Below are positions 63,694 through 64,000 of a DNA stretch of 64,000 nt, one piece after another (position 1 is the stretch's first letter; every line of letters begins with the position of its first letter). This DNA is from Marsupella aquatica (lineage: Eukaryota > Plantae > Marchantiophyta). Both the position numbers and the translations under genes were made by a program. Location of the stretch: the NCBI GenBank assembly GCA_973895155.1, contig OZ316896.1, forward strand, positions 7,821,278-7,885,277, read 5' to 3'. A model generated the notes under the pieces. It was not told where the DNA came from and made no database searches. It saw nothing but the letters and a program-made list of their open reading frames with translations.

Positions 63694-64000
63694 ACCACCC
63701 GCGAGATGGCCGATGGCATCAACAGCTTCTGGCGCATGCGGTCGGGGCTGGACATCAGCGCGCTGCCGCCCGAACGCCGCGAGCGCGTGCTGCCCTACAT
63801 CCGCGACTGGGTGGCCGAAGCCAGCGGCTACAGCGCCGCCCGGCTCTTCCGCGCGCACAGCCAGTTCGCGGCCCTGCGCGATGCGGCAGTGGCGGCCTGT
63901 CAAGCCTTCGACCTGGTGCTGTCGCCGGTCGCCCCTGATGTCGCCGGCGCCGCCGAGGCGCCCAGCCCCACCGGCGACCCACTGCGGGCGATGGAACACA
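63694..64000 (+). CDS. Internal fragment of a bacterial amidase-signature family protein (GatA-like amidase)
   Basis: TTREMADGINSFWRMRSGLDISALPPERRERVLPYIRDW...AACQAFDLVLSPVAP...SPTGDPLRAMEH; roughly 70% GC, CpG-rich, G/C-ending codons. Confidence 0.8.

Noticed and set aside
63634-63999. Minus-strand ORFs in the GC-rich tail
   Set aside because: Shadow ORFs of the plus-strand amidase frame.

Overview
Eukaryotic, TE-saturated genomic DNA, most consistent with heterochromatin of a non-seed land plant (inferred from TE lineages and GT-AG introns). Almost everything is nested mobile DNA, and many boundaries resolve exactly from target-site duplications. Present: two Bianca-type Ty1/copia elements, two L1-type LINE fragments, Ty3/gypsy pol fragments, an 18.8-kb CACTA transposon carrying a SET-domain gene, three families of TG...CA solo-LTR-like elements (one encloses a ~1200-codon ORF), and two MITE families with 8-bp TSDs. 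The strongest candidate for an undescribed system is a spliced gene cassette present twice as diverged paralogues (~8.2-24.4 kb and ~53.7-60.6 kb, minus strand). It encodes a ParB/Srx-like domain, a degenerate beta-class amino-DNA-methyltransferase fold, an Ulp1 protease (copy 2 only) and an FCP1-like HAD domain, and each copy carries its own dispersed 21-bp palindrome, reminiscent of parS. The last ~300 bp switch abruptly to a GC-rich bacterial amidase gene, probably a chimera or contaminant. All domain calls are by eye from motifs; no searches were run.
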